This document shows, piece by piece, positions 39,925-59,529 of a stretch of 64,000 bases of DNA. This stretch comes from Paragordius varius (lineage: Eukaryota; Animalia; Nematomorpha): the NCBI GenBank assembly GCA_964247055.1, contig OZ176055.1, positions 3,658,001 through 3,722,000 on the forward strand, given 5' to 3'. Each line of letters begins with the position of its first letter. Position 1 is the stretch's first letter. The notes under the pieces were generated by a model, which saw nothing but the letters and a program-made list of their open reading frames with translations, was not told the origin of the DNA and did no database searches. The position numbers and the translations under genes were made by a program.

Positions 39925-42900
39925 AGCAATCAATTTTACATCCCAAGACCGCAGGATTGTAGAGGAAGGGATTGCACAAATTCAAGATGCTCCTGCATAG
40001 GTGAAAAAGGATCTCGAGTACGTTGATTGTATTAATAAATAACCCTCGACCCAACCGATAATTTTTTATATTGAATAAATTACCAACTATTTAACCAACC
40101 AACTATTAAAATACATTTAACCCCAATTAACTGTGACGTAATAACTTTCCATTTTCTATTGCCGTTCTAAATTAAAACTATGTAATTCAACAATCACTAA
40201 TTTATGTCGAGCGCAAACGTAATGTGCACGTAATAAATATTTTGTGCATATTACATAATGTTTTGAAACATTTGTGAAACACAACACAAATGTGCTAACA
40301 ATTTTTTGGAGATGACAAAAAATCCAAATATTGTCTAGGGTATTCCGGGAGCCCCTGGTCCACAAGGTTTTCAGGGACCCCTTGGAGCTGCTGGGGAATT
40401 TGGGATTGAAGGCATAAAAGGTCAAAAAGGTGAAATTGGTGCACCTGGTCCTATGGGACCTAAAGGAGATCGGGTAAGTCGCTTATTAACACACATGATA
40501 TTATTTTACAAAACTGGAGTTAATTTTTGACATTATAATGGATTTCATTTTTCTAGCAGTAATAAAATAGTTTGCATGACTTATTTTAGAGCGATAAATG
40601 ATATTTTATATTGTATTTACCAAAATTTACTAGGGTAAAATGGGAATGCCTGGTTTTCCCGGTCTCAATGGAATTCCGGGAATACAAGGATCTCCGGGAT
40701 TACGCGGGTTCCCAGGCGCAGATGGTTGCAATGGAACCGACGTAAGTGGATTTCTACATAATAATAATATTAGGCCGGTTTTTTCCATACTGGTTTATGA
40801 CTTGTAGTTTTTTGGAATATATGATTTTGGAGTACTTTAAAAGCCCAATGCGCAAATTAAAAACGGTCCGTATTGGATTATAATTATAGCTTGTATGATT
40901 ATAAAATAATACTTTAAGCGTAATTATTAACTAATTTACTTTAATTCAATCATATATGTTTATTTGTTAATGTTAACATTATATGTCAATTTTTTTTGTA
41001 TAATTAACATATTTTCTCACTAAAAATAATCCATTTCAAACCATTTACGTTTTTGCCTCATTAGCCATAAATATCTAAAGGAACATAGTATTTATTAACG
41101 TAAGAAACAAATAATGATATTAAAACATTTATATTTTTACATATTTGGAAAAAATAACAGGGATTTATGGGTCTGCCAGGGTTACCTGGACCTCCAGGTC
41201 TTCTTGGCTTGCCGGGAAATCCCGGTCTCAAGGGTCTAAAGGGAGATCCTGCTTTCGTAAGGGAATCTGCTGCTGGCCTTAAAGGTGATTTGGGACGTGA
41301 TGGAATATCTGGTTTACCGGTATCTTTTTACTATTGCATAGATTTAATTTTACAATTTTTATATGAAGGAATAATTATATAAATTTTTTATTTAATATTT
41401 GTTTAAATCACATAATGAAAATTAAAAATAATCCTGTTGATTTATTTTAACAAAGGGTCTTCCTGGATTGGATGGTTCCATGGGACCCAAAGGTGATTTG
41501 GGCGCCCCAGGATTCCCAGGTCCTATAGGAAATAAAGGACCCCGAGGTGATGAAGGAAATATGGGTATTGGTTTATGGGGAGAAAAAGGAGATTTGGTAA
41601 TTTTTCATTAATGCATATTTTGACAAATTTTCTAATACTAATTTTAAGTAATTTCCCATTTTCATATACATTCATGTCATGTTTAGGGTGATCATGGCCC
41701 TCCTGGAGCGCCAGGACCCCCCGGTGATTACCAATATCAACAAGGGGTCGAAAATTTGTTTGAAGGTCCTCGTGGTCCACCAGGAGATATGGGTTACCGT
41801 GGCGATGCCGGAGATAACGGTGCTCCAGGCTATGAAGGACCTATGGGAAAACCGGTATAAAATGATTTGACTCCAATGATTGACAAACATTTTACCTAAA
41901 CTTAATTAAATATTAAAACTTTTTTGCTAAATTATTTCCTATTATTATTATGTTGCCAGGGTCTACCTGGATTACGAGGTGCCAAAGGTGAAAAGGGCAA
42001 TGAAGGACCTATCGGAAAAACGGTATATATTGGAAGTTATTTGTAATTTATTTTTAAAAAAATTAAATGATTTATATAAATTTAAACATCATTTTTAGGG
42101 AAAAGAAGGACGTGTTGGCCTATACGGACCACCTGGCCTAAAGGTATTAATTTAATATTGGATTAAATCGTTAATGATTATATTTAATTGAAACATTTTA
42201 TAGACGGTGTTTTTTTGAAGTTTAACCGGGCCATATTTTTAAAAATAGCCTTGCAAATAATATATGAATAAATTATTTAAATTTTAATAATATTATAAAT
42301 TTTTTTAGATATTTCATGATTAATACAATTTTATATTAATTTGATATTTAACTTAGGGTGATCGCGGCGATGACGGGTTTCCAGGAGTCGATGGTATTCC
42401 TGGCGAAAATGGTTTGAGAGGTGATCCAGGACCTGATGGTCGCCCTGGAATTTTGGGCGCTCCTGGCGTGGCTGGGGTATCCCGATTATTCAATATTTTA
42501 CATCTGAAAAATTTTAATTATATTTTAAAATTTGTCCTAGTACTATTTTGTAAAAATAATTATAATTAAATTATTATAACTTAATGTTTGTTGTATCTAA
42601 TCTATGCAACAAAAATCAGTAATTTATAATATTTATTTGTTAAAATGACAAATTAAAAATAGTAAAATCACAAAACTACTCGTTTCAAATGTATGAAAAG
42701 TGTATTTTTTCAAGGAGATAAAATGAATGATTAAAAAATAATTTCTATACTGTAAAAATATTATTTTTGATATTGTTAATATTGCTGTCCTGATTATCGT
42801 ATTATTATGCATTGGCATTTTACAATATTAAAACCAAAATAAAATGCATTTTAGAGCGATGATGGACGCGTCGGTCCACCAGGACCAGTCGGAGCTATGG

Positions 42901-45900
42901 GAATGCCTGGTCGCCCCGGATTTCCGGGCTTAGAAGGAAATCCCGGTTTTCCAGGTTCGCGCGGACCAGTCGGTCCCGCAGGAGCCCCTGGTTTATTGGG
43001 TCACCCAGGGTTACAGGGAGTTCCTTCTGAAAAAGGGGAACGTGGAGATTCCGGATTACCGGGTATGATTATCACTTAACTTTTTACAGTATGAGTAACT
43101 ATTCATGCTAGCTTTTTTTATTAAACGTTGCCAGATAGCATATACAGCAAAGAGCATTCATATTTGTGGATAACATGATAAAATTAATAATATAACTTTA
43201 AACCCAAAAAAATATGTTCTTTGTTGTACGTGCGATCTGGCCATAATTAATGAGAAACTAGCAATATTTACCCATTATATAATATGTGAATGCAAATTTT
43301 TTTGATATCGCTATCATTAATCTGATATATGCTGCTCCAAGGTATACCTGGAACTCAAGGACCTCCTGGAGTTGGGGGCCCTGCTGGGGCCAAAGGCGAA
43401 ATCGGAGATGTTGGCCTGCCTGGTCAAGGTATTATGGGGCCTCCAGGTATGGATGGGCTCCCGGGATTAGATGGTGTCCCTGGTGCCAAAGGAGAGAGAG
43501 GATATGACGGTCCACCAGGTTTGTCTTTTAAAAATATTTGTTAAAAATCAAAGGAAAATTATATACTGCCAAGTATTTGTGGCACATGGTTGCAATCAAT
43601 GAGACTTTAAGAATTAGTATCATTTTATAAGGATACAATTGTGTAAGATTTGGATATTTAGCCCTCTTATATATAAATTTCTATCTATCTTTCACATGAT
43701 CTTTGGAGTTTAATAAATTTATAATATATTTTGCAAAGGTTATTCTGGAGACATTATTGATGGTGTACCTGGACCTCTTGGTATTCCTGGCCCTAAGGGA
43801 GAATCCGGATACCCTGGATTAAATGGTCGACCTGGCCCAATGGGACCACCAGGTCAAAAAGGTACGAAGCAATTTATGCAGAATATATCAAATTTAAAAA
43901 AAAAAGATTGTGATTATAATAACATTATATCATTATTTTGTGTTTAAATGCTTGTTTATCCGTATTTTAGGTGACCCGGGAGGTACATGTCAATTTTGTC
44001 GATCAGGGGACAGAGGTCGTAAAGGGGAATCCGGATCAGCTGGTTTTCCCGGCAAACAAGGTGAACGTGGTTCTCCGGGAGACATTGGTGAAATAGGTGA
44101 GCAAGGCGATGATGGTGATGCTGGAATCCCAGGACGACCGGGATATTCCGTAATTTAAATTGAAATAATAAAATATTTTGGAGCCGAATGATAAAACATA
44201 TATTATGCTATAAAAATTATTTAAAGGATAACTCATTTTAGCCAATACTTAAAATTTTATGACGATTAAACCAAATTATTTAATTTAAAGGGACAACCCG
44301 GTTTGGATGGATTAAATGGGATCCCTGGAACCAAGGGTGAACCAGCTGTCATCGACTATTCTCGATTACAAAGTTATCGGGGTAAAAATATCACTTTAAT
44401 TGCTAGTTAAATTTGAACCTCTTAAGTTTAGTGATAATATTAGCAACTTGTTTTAATGATGATCTATAATAATATAAATTGTCAGGAGAGAAAGGAGATG
44501 CCGGATATCCTGGACTTCCAGGAGCCCCTGGAATGGACGGTCAACCTGGATTGCCGGGCCCACCTGGAATTGCTTTTGGTTCTTCACTAAATCTTAAAGG
44601 GCCGCAGGTATGGCTATCATTCACAATATTTTATAATTACAATTTTAATTTTACTAAGTTTTTTGAGGATATGAATCTAATATCGATTAATAAATTTAAT
44701 AATCTCCATCGATCGATCATTCATCAAAAAATTTTTTAAACCAAAGCTTCTAAGTTTAACATAGTTTGATCTAGCATTAATCAACACAACTTTTTTTCTA
44801 ATGTTGATATCTCTTTTCCACAAACCACATATTAATTCGTGTTGGATATAGGGAGATGCAGGATCACCTGGAAGAGATGGTTTCCCAGGTTTATCTGGTC
44901 TCCCCGGTATGCCGGGCGCTAAAGGCGATCCAGGTTATGCCATTGGTGGCAGCCCAGGAATGGCCGGAGAACCCGGAAGCCCTGGATTACCTGGGCTCGA
45001 TGGGATGGCTGGTGCACCTGGAGAACCAGGTAATTATTGAAAATGTATTAAAAAATATTCTTTTGTCAGAGGCTCTATTAACATAATTATTCGTTTCATA
45101 GGGAAGAAGTCACGATTTCTTATTGATTAAAACAAGCTAATTTATTGCTTGTACTGAGTTTGTATAAAAAATGCTTTTTTTAAAAAAAAATCTTACCATT
45201 ATTGAAAAAGTAATGAATAAACAATAAGTTATGAAAAGTTTCTTACATCTAAAATTGTAAAATGTTGTATTAAAAATGCCAAATTGGAAATGACTCCTTT
45301 TAAAACGAGTCGGACCATTTTTAACCAGTCAAAAATTGATTCTATTACATTTATTACCACTGTATAAAATGACTCAAAATGAAATGGATTTAAATATATA
45401 TTCTTTTTTGCAGGAGAATTAATTGGCCGTGGATTACCAGGAATGCCAGGTCTTAAAGGTTTGCGAGGGGATGACGGTTTACCAGGACTCCCCGGCCTGC
45501 CGGGAGAAGATGGTCGTCCAGGTTTAGATGGACTCCCTGGGACTCAAGGTAATCCTGGAGCCGACGCCACACCCAATATTGTCGGACCAAAAGGTATGCA
45601 TTTTACCTTTATTTTTTATGCTTATGTTTCCATAAAAAAATGGTATTATTAATAAAAAATTACTATAAGCATTAACCAGCCAACGGGGTGAGTACACGTC
45701 GCCCGTGGTTCAATATGGGAGATATATATTACAATGGATATATTCTCATTTCTTTATCATATGCACAAAAGCTTATTCATGCTTTAACAATTTTTTATAT
45801 ATAATCTGCATTAAACCATATTTATTTTTTGATAAACAGGTTTACCTGGACCAAGAGGAGATCCTGGCCTTGACGGTTTCCCTGGCTTAAACGGAGCCAA

Positions 45901-47046
45901 TGGTGAAAGAGGGCTACCTGGACTTCCAGGTCTTCAAGGATTCAAAGGTAATCCATTTTATTAACAATTTTTTCACTCCATTTAATGTTGGATACACAGA
46001 GTTATTAAATGAACATTAATATCTGAATAACTTTCCCTATTTATTTGATCTATAAATTTCTATATTTCTGGTTCTAAGGTGAATTGGGAGATCCTGGTAT
46101 AGCGAGCTCGGTACAACCCCAACCCGGTTTACCCGGATTTAATGGGTTAAAGGGTGAACAAGGAGATCCAGGATACCCCGGATTAGACGGTATGGTTATA
46201 ATATTTTTATGATTAGTAGTCAATTTTGAATTATTTTGCCTAACAAAATTTTTAAGAGTTTGCAGTACTAATTTTTATTTCTAGGGTTACCTGGAATGCC
46301 TGGACTCCCTGGTGAAAGAGGATTTCCTGGACTGGCTGGCAAACCAGGCCTGCCCGGTGCACCTGGTATAAAGGGTGATCGAGGTTTAGACGGGTATGGT
46401 GAGCCCGGAGCTTCTGGCGGAAAGGGTCCCGATGGGTTAGCAGGTTTAAATGCCGATAAAATATTTTTTTTTTATATTATGAAATAGTAAATAAACGCTT
46501 TCACTAACGCATTATTATACACAAATAATCTTTTAAAGTAATAATTCGTTATGCTTGTTATAATTGTTTAAATAGCTGTTAATTTCTTGCTAAATATATT
46601 CATAGTATGTTTTTTATGTTACTATCATTACTTAGGCTGTAAACATTATGAAACCGAATTCTTTAAAGAATATTTGCATAAATAATTCAATTATTACTAA
46701 AATGCTTTTATACACCAAGGTTTACCTGGTTTCCCTGGCGGAAAAGGAGAACGCGGCACGCCTGGACCCAACGGACCTCAAGGTGCCCCTGGAGATAATG
46801 GAAATCCTGGAGCACCTGGCATCGATGGCCTACCTGGTCTACCAGGTACCCCTGGCTTAGATGGTTTCCCAGGATTACCTGGTCTTGCAGGTATAACTAA
46901 CATTTTTTCTTCCTTTGACTGTTGGAAATATATTTTTGGAAAATAAAGCATGCCGCATACGTTATGAATGTAATGGGTTGAAAAATAACCCTATTATCAA
47001 TATATATATATATATATATGTATATATGTAGAGCTGTTTTTGATGC

Positions 47047-47080
<34 letters not shown>

Positions 47081-50000
47081 CTTTATTTACCTATTGCAAA
47101 CATTTTGGAACTTCTAGGTCAAAAGGGTGAATTAGGAGATGCTGGTGCCCCTGGAACTCCAGGTCGCCGTGGGAACGATGGATTGCCCGGTCTTAACGGA
47201 CCCCGAGGTGAAAACGGATATGTTGGCCAACCTGGGTTACCAGGACTCCCCGGGTTAATGGGTAAAATCTATAAAAAAATTTATATGGTATTATATTCTA
47301 CTTTCAAATTTATTTTTTGGTAATTATTTTTGTAAAAAATATTATTTGTATAATCCTCATATTTTTAGGGTTGAAAGGAGACAGTGGTTATCCGGGGTTA
47401 CCCGGTGGTCCCGGAGCTCCAGGAAAAGCAGGAGCTCCTGGCCTCCTTGGTGAAGCAGGTGTACCTGGATACCCAGGTGCAAAAGGAATGGCTGGAGCAA
47501 ATGGTATTTTATTCAATTTTAATTTGATATCAATGGTTTAATTGCTTGCAAATAATTACTATTATAATTTATGATTTCAAGCCCTGTTAGTATGCTAAAC
47601 GTCAAAACAAGATTCAATTCATAATAAACCATATTTTCTTAATTGGATCATAAATTATGCTGAGATGATTTAATTTTTTATTGAAAACTAATCAACGTTG
47701 CTGCTTTTAAATGGAAAATGACATAACCTAGCGCAAATATTTGATTGTAGGTTCTCCCGGATACAATGGCGCGAAAGGTGAGAGAGGAGATTCCTTCCCA
47801 GGTGCCAATGGGATGGATGGGGCCCCTGGTCTTCCAGGTTTAGATGGAGCCCCTGGAGTCCCAGGAATGGCTGGGCTAGTTGGCGATCCTGGTGCATCTG
47901 GAACACCTGGAGCTAGAGGCCCTGCTGTAAAATATTTACTCCATTTTTTATTAGTTACATAGCTAATATTAATAAATATTATACAATTTTGGAAAATTTT
48001 AAACCATGCTATCCAACGTTAAAGTAATTGTATTGTAGTGCTATGCTAATTTTTTTATAAGCCATAAGCAAGTGTTGAGGGGTTAAAGTAATCATATCGT
48101 TGGTTTAGGGTGATAGTGGAATCAATGGAGCGCCAGGTATACCTGGGGAAGATGGTTTCTCCGGTCCAAAAGGCGAAGTTGGTGCTGAAGGAATGCCAGG
48201 GACACCGGGTGCAAAAGGCCCATCTGGAGATACTGGCATAGCTGGTACACCTGGCCGAAAAGGAGAATCAGGTCTGAATGGCATGCCAGGTCTTGACGGT
48301 TTCCCTGGCCTGATGGGCGAAAAGGGAGAAGCGGGATTACCGGGAATGCGTAAGTGTAATTTGATTCGGCTTCATTGTTAAAAATAGCATGCGCGTATTG
48401 AACAAATAATGTTTGTTTACATTTATATCCTTTTCTTTGTACAGCCGATTTTGTGGGTGGTCCACCCGGAGCCGATGGCTTACCTGGATTCCCAGGTCTT
48501 GCAGGAGGACCTGGACAGCGAGGTGATGATGGGTACCCTGGCCCCGGTGGGGCGAAAGGGGAATCCGGATCAGACGGCTATTCTGGAGCGTCAGGAAAAA
48601 TGGGAGCTATGGGTCCGATGGGGCCTCCCGGGCCCCAAGGAAAGCCTGGTTTACCAGGTATTCCTGGTTCCTCTGTAAATGGAGCCCCGGGAAATCCCGG
48701 TTTACCTGGAGCCGATGGTGCACCAGGCCTAAGAGGCGATAGAGGTATGTAAAAGCCTAATCTTATATTTTGTCCCAATATTAATTTTTTGGAAAATATG
48801 TCTTTTAAACACGATAAAAGTGTTTGGTAACGGAATCATATACTATATTAATCCTATTTATTTCAGGTGATCCTGGATATGATGGTAAACCCGGGGCGCC
48901 AGGGTTTGCATACGATGGTGGTCCCGGAACTCCAGGAACCCCTGGACCAGTAGGTGATTCTGGTCTCCCCGGTCTTCCTGGTGAAACAGGGCCACAAGGA
49001 GCTCCGGGAGACGATGGGCTTCCTGGACTAAACGGACTTAAGGGTCCGGCCGGAGAGCCTGGATTTTCAACCGCTTCCGCACCAGGTCCAATTGGTGCCC
49101 CAGGTATGACAATATAACAATTTTGAAACCGAATATTTATTATTTATAGAAACTTTATTGTCGTTATTTTACTATGTTGTTGCATAAATAAAATTACCTA
49201 TATGATTGCTATCTTATAGGCCAACCGGGATCCAATGGATATCCGGGTGATAGCGGTTTCCCGGGGTTAGAAGGTCTTCCTGGACTGCCTGGAGCCCCAG
49301 GTCTTCCAGGTGATCCTGGATTCCCAGGATTGGATGGTTTGCCCGGAAAACAAGGTTAATACACAAAACAAATTATTGCGAAGACAACTTTTCTGATTGA
49401 CTAATTTTAATGTGTATTTTTTTTATAAGAAAAACATATTATTTATTTATTTTCCATAAACCAAAAAATATTAATTTCCTAATTTAAACTAAAAATATGT
49501 TTTTTATATAATTTTTGGTCAGGTCGGGATGGAGCTCCAGGAATGCCCGGCGAACCAGGAATAATACCTGCTAGCGGCCAATTGATTGGACCTAAGGGGG
49601 TTCCCGGTGACGATGGTTTTATGGGCTTACCTGGTTTACCGGGACCCGATGGGTATCCTGGAGTAGCAGGAACGCCTGGTAAGTAACTTTTTTTGTTCAT
49701 AAGATATAGTGTAAATATTAAATATTTGATAAATATTACTGTCCTTAAAAGAATTTTAGCATGAAATTTAATTATTTATTCTTAGTTGTTAATGATTAAA
49801 TAATCCATCTTTACCAAACGATAGTTTTAATTTTTCAAATAATTTAAGCATTTTTGTAGACATATTAATTCAATGCAAATTCCTTTTTAGCAGTATAATA
49901 ATTTTTTCCAATCATATGCTACTTTATGTTAGGTATTAAGGGAGAAATCGGACTTCCTGGAATCGAAGGTCTGCCCGGTTTACCGGGAAGTTTCGGAGAA

Positions 50001-51660
50001 CGTGGAGATCCAGGACGACCTGGTTCAGCTGGCCTACAAGGATCTCCAGGTACACATTTTGATTTGTAATAGACTCTATAATCAGACAAAATAAAATTTT
50101 AGCTTTATACCTCAAGTTGTTCCTTTCTTTAGACAATTTAAGTTTATTAGTTGTATTTATTTATTTTATCAATTTTAAACTAATATCCTTATTTATAATA
50201 TTTCTTTCAATTCAAAATCATGATTTTCATCAAAAATATTTTTTTAATCATAAAAACAGTTTTTTTTATCATAGACTAACTTAAAAATTTTTTTGGACCT
50301 AAATGTTACAGGATTTTAAAAGCAAATGGTATAGTTCATTTTTTAACATTTTTTTCCCAAAGAATTTATGCAAATTTGAATGTAATTTATATATATAATA
50401 ATTTAAGGCCCACCAGGATATCCTGGATCTGCAGGTCCGCAAGGAGCCGCTGGTGAGGAAACACCTCTCGGCTTTTTGTACGCTAAACACAGTCAAACCC
50501 CTGATGTGCCACAATGCCCTCCAGGCCAAACAAAGTTATGGGATGGTTACAGTTTGTTATACTTTGAAGGGAATGAAAAAGCCCATAACCAAGATCTTGG
50601 TATTATTCAATTAATACTTATATATTGTTCATCAATACAATTTATTATTATTATTGTTTGAATCATAGGTATTAACTCATGCAAATGTATAATCGTATAG
50701 GATTATAAGCCTAAATTTTAACTTTCTTTATAATGACATTATATGTAAAAAAGGCAACTATATTTGCGAAATGTGATGTTGGATAAATTTGTAGTTACAT
50801 GATTTATGTTTTAATAGGCTCTGCTGGTTCCTGTGTGCGACATTTCAATACTATGCCCTTCCTATTTTGTGGAACTAACAATATTTGCGATTATGCCACT
50901 CGCAATGATAAATCGTATTGGCTTTCAACATCAGCCCCTATTCCCATGGTACCAGTAGGGGATAGTCAAATAAAACCACACGTTAGTAAATGTGCCGTGT
51001 GTGAAAGCCCATCCAACATTCTTGCTGTCCATAGTCAATCGCTGAAAATACCGGATTGTCCTCCAGGATGGACCGGATTGTGGAATGGTTACAGTTTTAC
51101 CATGGTATTATTTTGGTTTTTTATTTATTTCACAACATCTCCTAAAAAATATTTTTACGGATTTTTAAATATACATATAATTTTAAACTCTACATTACTT
51201 TTTAATGTTCCTTGATTTTTTCAGTTTATTATCATGATTTGTAAAGGAGTGGTCTACTTTTGAGGGGATTTCTCTAATCATTTCATGTTGTTTTCATTAC
51301 GCTATCTAAAATAAGCTTTTTTAGATCCCCCCTTTCTTGAAAAATTTTGTCTAGATTGTTTTTTAAAAAAATGAGTTAAAAGTATATCATTTAAATTTTT
51401 AGCACACAGCGGCTGGTGGCGAAGGAGGCGGCCAAGTTTTATCTAGTCCTGGGAGTTGTTTGGAAGATTTCCGCACAACGCCCTTCATTGAATGTAATGG
51501 GGCACGTGGTACTTGTCATTACTTTGCTAACAAATTTAGTTTTTGGTTAACTACGGTGGATGATGATAAACAATTTCAAAAACCGGTCCCAGAAACAGTA
51601 AAATCCGGTAATCTACGATCCAAAGTAGGCCGTTGTCAAGTCTGCCAAAAAGTGGTTTAA
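39925..51660 (+). CDS. COL4A2: Type IV collagen alpha chain with alpha2-class NC1 (COL4A2/4/6-like), about 1740 aa; signal-peptide exon not located
   Basis: 33 exons: 39925-40017, 40339-40473, 40634-40741, 41161-41319, 41456-41596, 41687-41854, 41960-42022, 42099-42143, 42357-42476, 42855-43062, 43342-43518, 43739-43861, 43971-44149, 44291-44381, 44486-44607, 44852-45029, 45414-45593, 45840-45947, 46079-46189, 46285-46443, 46720-46890, 47118-47261, 47369-47503, 47751-47926, 48109-48349, 48445-48744, 48867-49103, 49220-49354, 49523-49678, 49933-50049, 50408-50599, 50818-51104, 51403-51660. 7S region [20 protein letters not shown] and GADGCNGT. Interrupted Gly-X-Y with TCQFC and about 10 RGD motifs. 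NC1 motifs [46 protein letters not shown] are the vertebrate alpha2-type signatures. Invertebrate naming of such chains varies between alpha1 and alpha2. Confidence 0.95.
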
Positions 51661-53013
51661 ACACGAGTGAAACATAATCTTAATATCATAACTAACCAAT
51701 ATTCACATATCATTCAATCTGTGAAAAAAACTAGACAGAACGAAACATCCAAAACTTAAATTATGTTTAATTTAATGTTTTTTTAAATTTATTTCATATG
51801 CGGTTTTAATGTGTTGCATTTAAATTATTAGCAATTAAACACAGATTACAGAATTGTTTGAATAAATCTCGTACGAATTATGCAATATAAACCCATCAAT
51901 CTAATCAATTTTACCATTAATATTATATAAACAAAAAAATAAGTTATATATTATGATTAGTTTAATGAAATATAATTTTTGGCTTGTGAAATATTTGTTT
52001 CATTTGGATAATTATTTATAATAAATTTTATTTTCAAATATTATATACCCTTTTTGATATAATGAGGGCGAAAATGCGATCTCAAATTAAAAGATATGCT
52101 AGTTTTTGTTCGTGTCATTTAATAAACAAGTATAATAATAAAGATGCTTTCGATGTAGGAGGAACAAAATATATTAAAAGCTCTGACTGATTCTTTCTTA
52201 TTTTAGTAAAGAATAAAGATATTCGATCTTTAAAGGTGCCAAATCAGGGCTGACAGTGTATTAAAAAATTGTGTAGTTATGTGTGGTGTGTATGGCTACA
52301 GCCGATCGACTTTTTGCAATATTGTAAATAAAACTTCTTCATAGATGCGATTTTTAGTTTTAGTCGAACCATTATTTTTCTCACATAATGTACATTTCAA
52401 TGGTTTGCACTTAACCGCGACGCTTAAATTATAAAATGGGATTTTTATGTCATGTGTTAAAATTTAATATATATAATACGAATCTCTTTACATCCTAAAA
52501 AAATAAAAAAATTGGTTTGCCTTCATTTCCATTTGGTGTTTAAAATCTGCATTTAAAGATTCCGCTATCCTTCTCTACCTTGTATTACTCTCAATAACCA
52601 AATTAGCAAAATTGCTAAGTAGTAACGATCTCAATAATATATATAAAAATTAGATTAAAAAAGTCCTCTTAATACACTATATAAAATCTTGAGCAAAGTT
52701 ATATACAAAAGTTATTTTTATTATCTTTTAAAGTGTTTTAATAGAGCATGCCTCAAATTATCAAATACCCTTAAAAATTAATTTTTTGAGAGCACGATAT
52801 CTTAAAAATAACTATTTTAAAGTTATAGAGTGGTAAATGGGGTGTCCAACATTGAAAAAATTTAACTAAATCTAAATAAAATTGCAAAACAATTTACTTC
52901 ATAATAGTTAAAAACACATAATTTTTGGCTGATAGACAAAATTAAGAATGAAAATCTAACTACAGATATCTAAAACAAACATCCTGGAGATAATTCTAAA
53001 AAAAAAGTTAACA

Positions 53014-53195
53014 TATTTTGGTCATGTCATGCGATCGAATTCTCTAGCGAAAGATACAATTTTGGGAAAGTAGAAGGACAAAGGAAACGAGGCCGACCAC
53101 CGATGAGGTGGTTGGATACGATAAAAGAAGTGACTAAAATGACATTAACGATCTCAATATAGCGGTAAAAGATAGAAGAATATGGAAATATAAAC
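53014..53195 (+). mobile_element. RTE/BovB-like LINE 3' fragment
   Basis: Translates, with a frameshift, to YFGHVMRSNSLAKDTILGKVEGQRKRGRPPMRWLDTIKE...VKDRRIWK, the typical RTE ORF C-terminus. Confidence 0.8.
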
Positions 53196-54309
53196 TATAT
53201 CCAGAGTCTTTACGACTTAGGAAACAACCAGCCAGACACACATTAATTACAAATTTAGTCAAGTAACCTATTAATTTATTTTTATGACAAAATGAGAAAA
53301 TCCTCGTCTCAAAGCGCCATTTTTCTTTGGATTTTCAACACTTCATTGCATTTTAATTTTTTGTCCACGAGGTAGTTGTTATATCCCAAGCCTTAATTTT
53401 GTGACTATTGTTTTAAAAGTTGTTTATGTTTAAAATTAAATACAAACATTGTTCTCCTCTAGATGAAAAAGCTTTTATTGTTTACATTAATATGACTTCT
53501 AAAACACGATTGAACTAAACAGCCGATTTAAAATCAATAACCATTAAGTATATGTTGGCGTATAGCCTGAAAGCTTTTCAATGATAATTTACATGTAATC
53601 ATTAAGTGCCTATTGTATCGGCGATTAAAAAATTTAAAGATAAAATTGGAAGTTTGCGCTGTACTTTATATCTTGGGGTAATATAATGGTCCAAACAAAA
53701 TAACATGATAAAGTTTTTATTATTTTAGAGCAAGGAATAAGCCTTTTAATATCACATTTATTAAAAAATATTTTTTGACAAAAACAGTAAATAATATCTT
53801 TTAAAAAATATAAATTTATGTGTAGGCTATAATTACTTTCTTAAAATTTTTGTTTTTGATATTTTTAGCATCAATATATATTTGCATAAGAGCTGACCGG
53901 ATTTTTTAGTGTAAGGTCCATGAAGCTCTCTAAGTTACTCTGTGGCACTCATATATATCACAAATTTTCATGGCGCAATCTTGACATTTTTGGGTTTATT
54001 AGAAGGACAAAAGTGCAAAACTTTCATATCCCACATCTAAAAATTTAATTTATATATAAATATTGTTTGCTTTCTATCTTTGGAGCATTTGCATTCACTA
54101 AATTTTTCGGCATAAAGTGTGATGATTTGATTTTTGTTTTGAGCCATTATTCAGAACGCAAATATATAGCCGACTCTAAAGGCCCAAAACTAAAAATACA
54201 TGCATTTTTGCATTAGAAATCACATATTTCATCAGAATATTTTTAGTAACTTGTAAAGTCACTCCAGATTATATGATACAGGCTAAAAGCCAATCGGATG
54301 TAGCACATT

Positions 54310-54800
54310 CATTTCGGTCCTTCGATTCAAATTGGGGTATTTGGATCTTAAAATTAAAAAACTTCAAAAATTATACAATGAATTGAAACCATTGTAAAAT
54401 ACTACTGATATCTAACATTAATAAACCAAAATATAAAAAATATAAAAATACTTTTATTACTTATTTAAAGGAAAACCCGAAAGTATAAATTTAGTCAACA
54501 TGTGATGTATGCATTAGCAAATTTAAAATTAATACAAAATAAACCTTTTTTTCATTATCTATCAATATTAGATAAAATTTAAATAAAAAAACTTGCTTTA
54601 TTTTTAGTTTCCAAATTAAATAAACCCGATATTCTGCAAAAATATTCTTAAATAAGGCCCCGAAGTAGTTTGATGTGAATTTTAAAAACTAAATTTTATT
54701 TAGATATTTTAACTTATTTTAAATATATATTAGGATAAAAACATAAATTGAAAAACATTTCCAGTTTTTTTAAAAGTATCAATTTAACTTTAGTCTAGTT
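54310..54800. mobile_element. MITE family B, truncated copy upstream of PSMC6
   Basis: ggtccttcgattcaaattggggtatttggat left end; the internal sequence is shared with 27000-27500; the right terminus is missing. Confidence 0.55.
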
Positions 54801-55008
54801 CCAAAAAATTAGATTTTACAAAAATATTGCTTTATGAGCATTATCATAATTAAACTATAATCACTGATATATGTATTAAAATTATTATAACAAATATTAA
54901 AAATTATTATAAGAGAACAAATATAATATATTTCAAATAATATTAAAAAATATATTGGCATTTTCTCACAACATAAATTATTGCACATAATCTGATTCTA
55001 CGCGTGCT

Positions 55009-58902
<3,894 letters not shown>

Positions 58903-59529
58903 TTTCGCAAAGCCTTTTTTTGTAATAAATACTTTTGGTAAATGGTTCATATTTGTAAATGTTCAGGGTCTTAAATGCCGAAAAATTATATAAAAAATAA
59001 GCGAGAAATCGGATGACAAGTCTTTATATATATTTATATATACGCTTTATTGCTGGACAATAGATGTAATAGTAGCGTATTTGATAAAACATGTATAAAC
59101 AAATTTTATGTTGTAAGGTTAATTTTACCCATTTGTTGTGTTTCTGTTAGTGTTGTACGCTATATTGCCATTATCTAAAAATAATGTGATTAAGTCAAGA
59201 ATTAGTACCGATCAAATGTTAACGTTTAGAAGGGGAATAGTACAGTATGAATAAATCTTTTGTTTTCTTTTTTGGCAATAATTAATAACTTTCTAGCAAT
59301 GTATACTTACACATACTGTATATTAACGACCATAGGCAATTAATTCATTTATCAATCACGCTTGGAATTGTCATTTTTAGAAAATGCGATAAAAACACCG
59401 TTTGACGACTTATATGCATTTCTAAAACCCTTACAACAAATTTTGAGTTTCATCTATAAATTTTTAAAATTGATTTTATAATTAATCATAATAAAACAAA
59501 AATTTTATAACCATAACTCCTAATTTTTT

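Noticed and set aside
40156-50136. Minus-strand and off-frame ORFs over the collagen gene (e.g. 40156-40425, 48578-48778, 49479-49700, 48409-48678)
   Set aside because: Shadows of GC-rich Gly-X-Y codons; no independent splice or homology support.
53280-54300. Minus-strand fragments with WD-like words (MWDMK, IKAWDI) suggesting a gene divergent from PSMC6
   Set aside because: All frames close within about 25-50 codons, and I found no phase-consistent splice path even allowing micro-introns.
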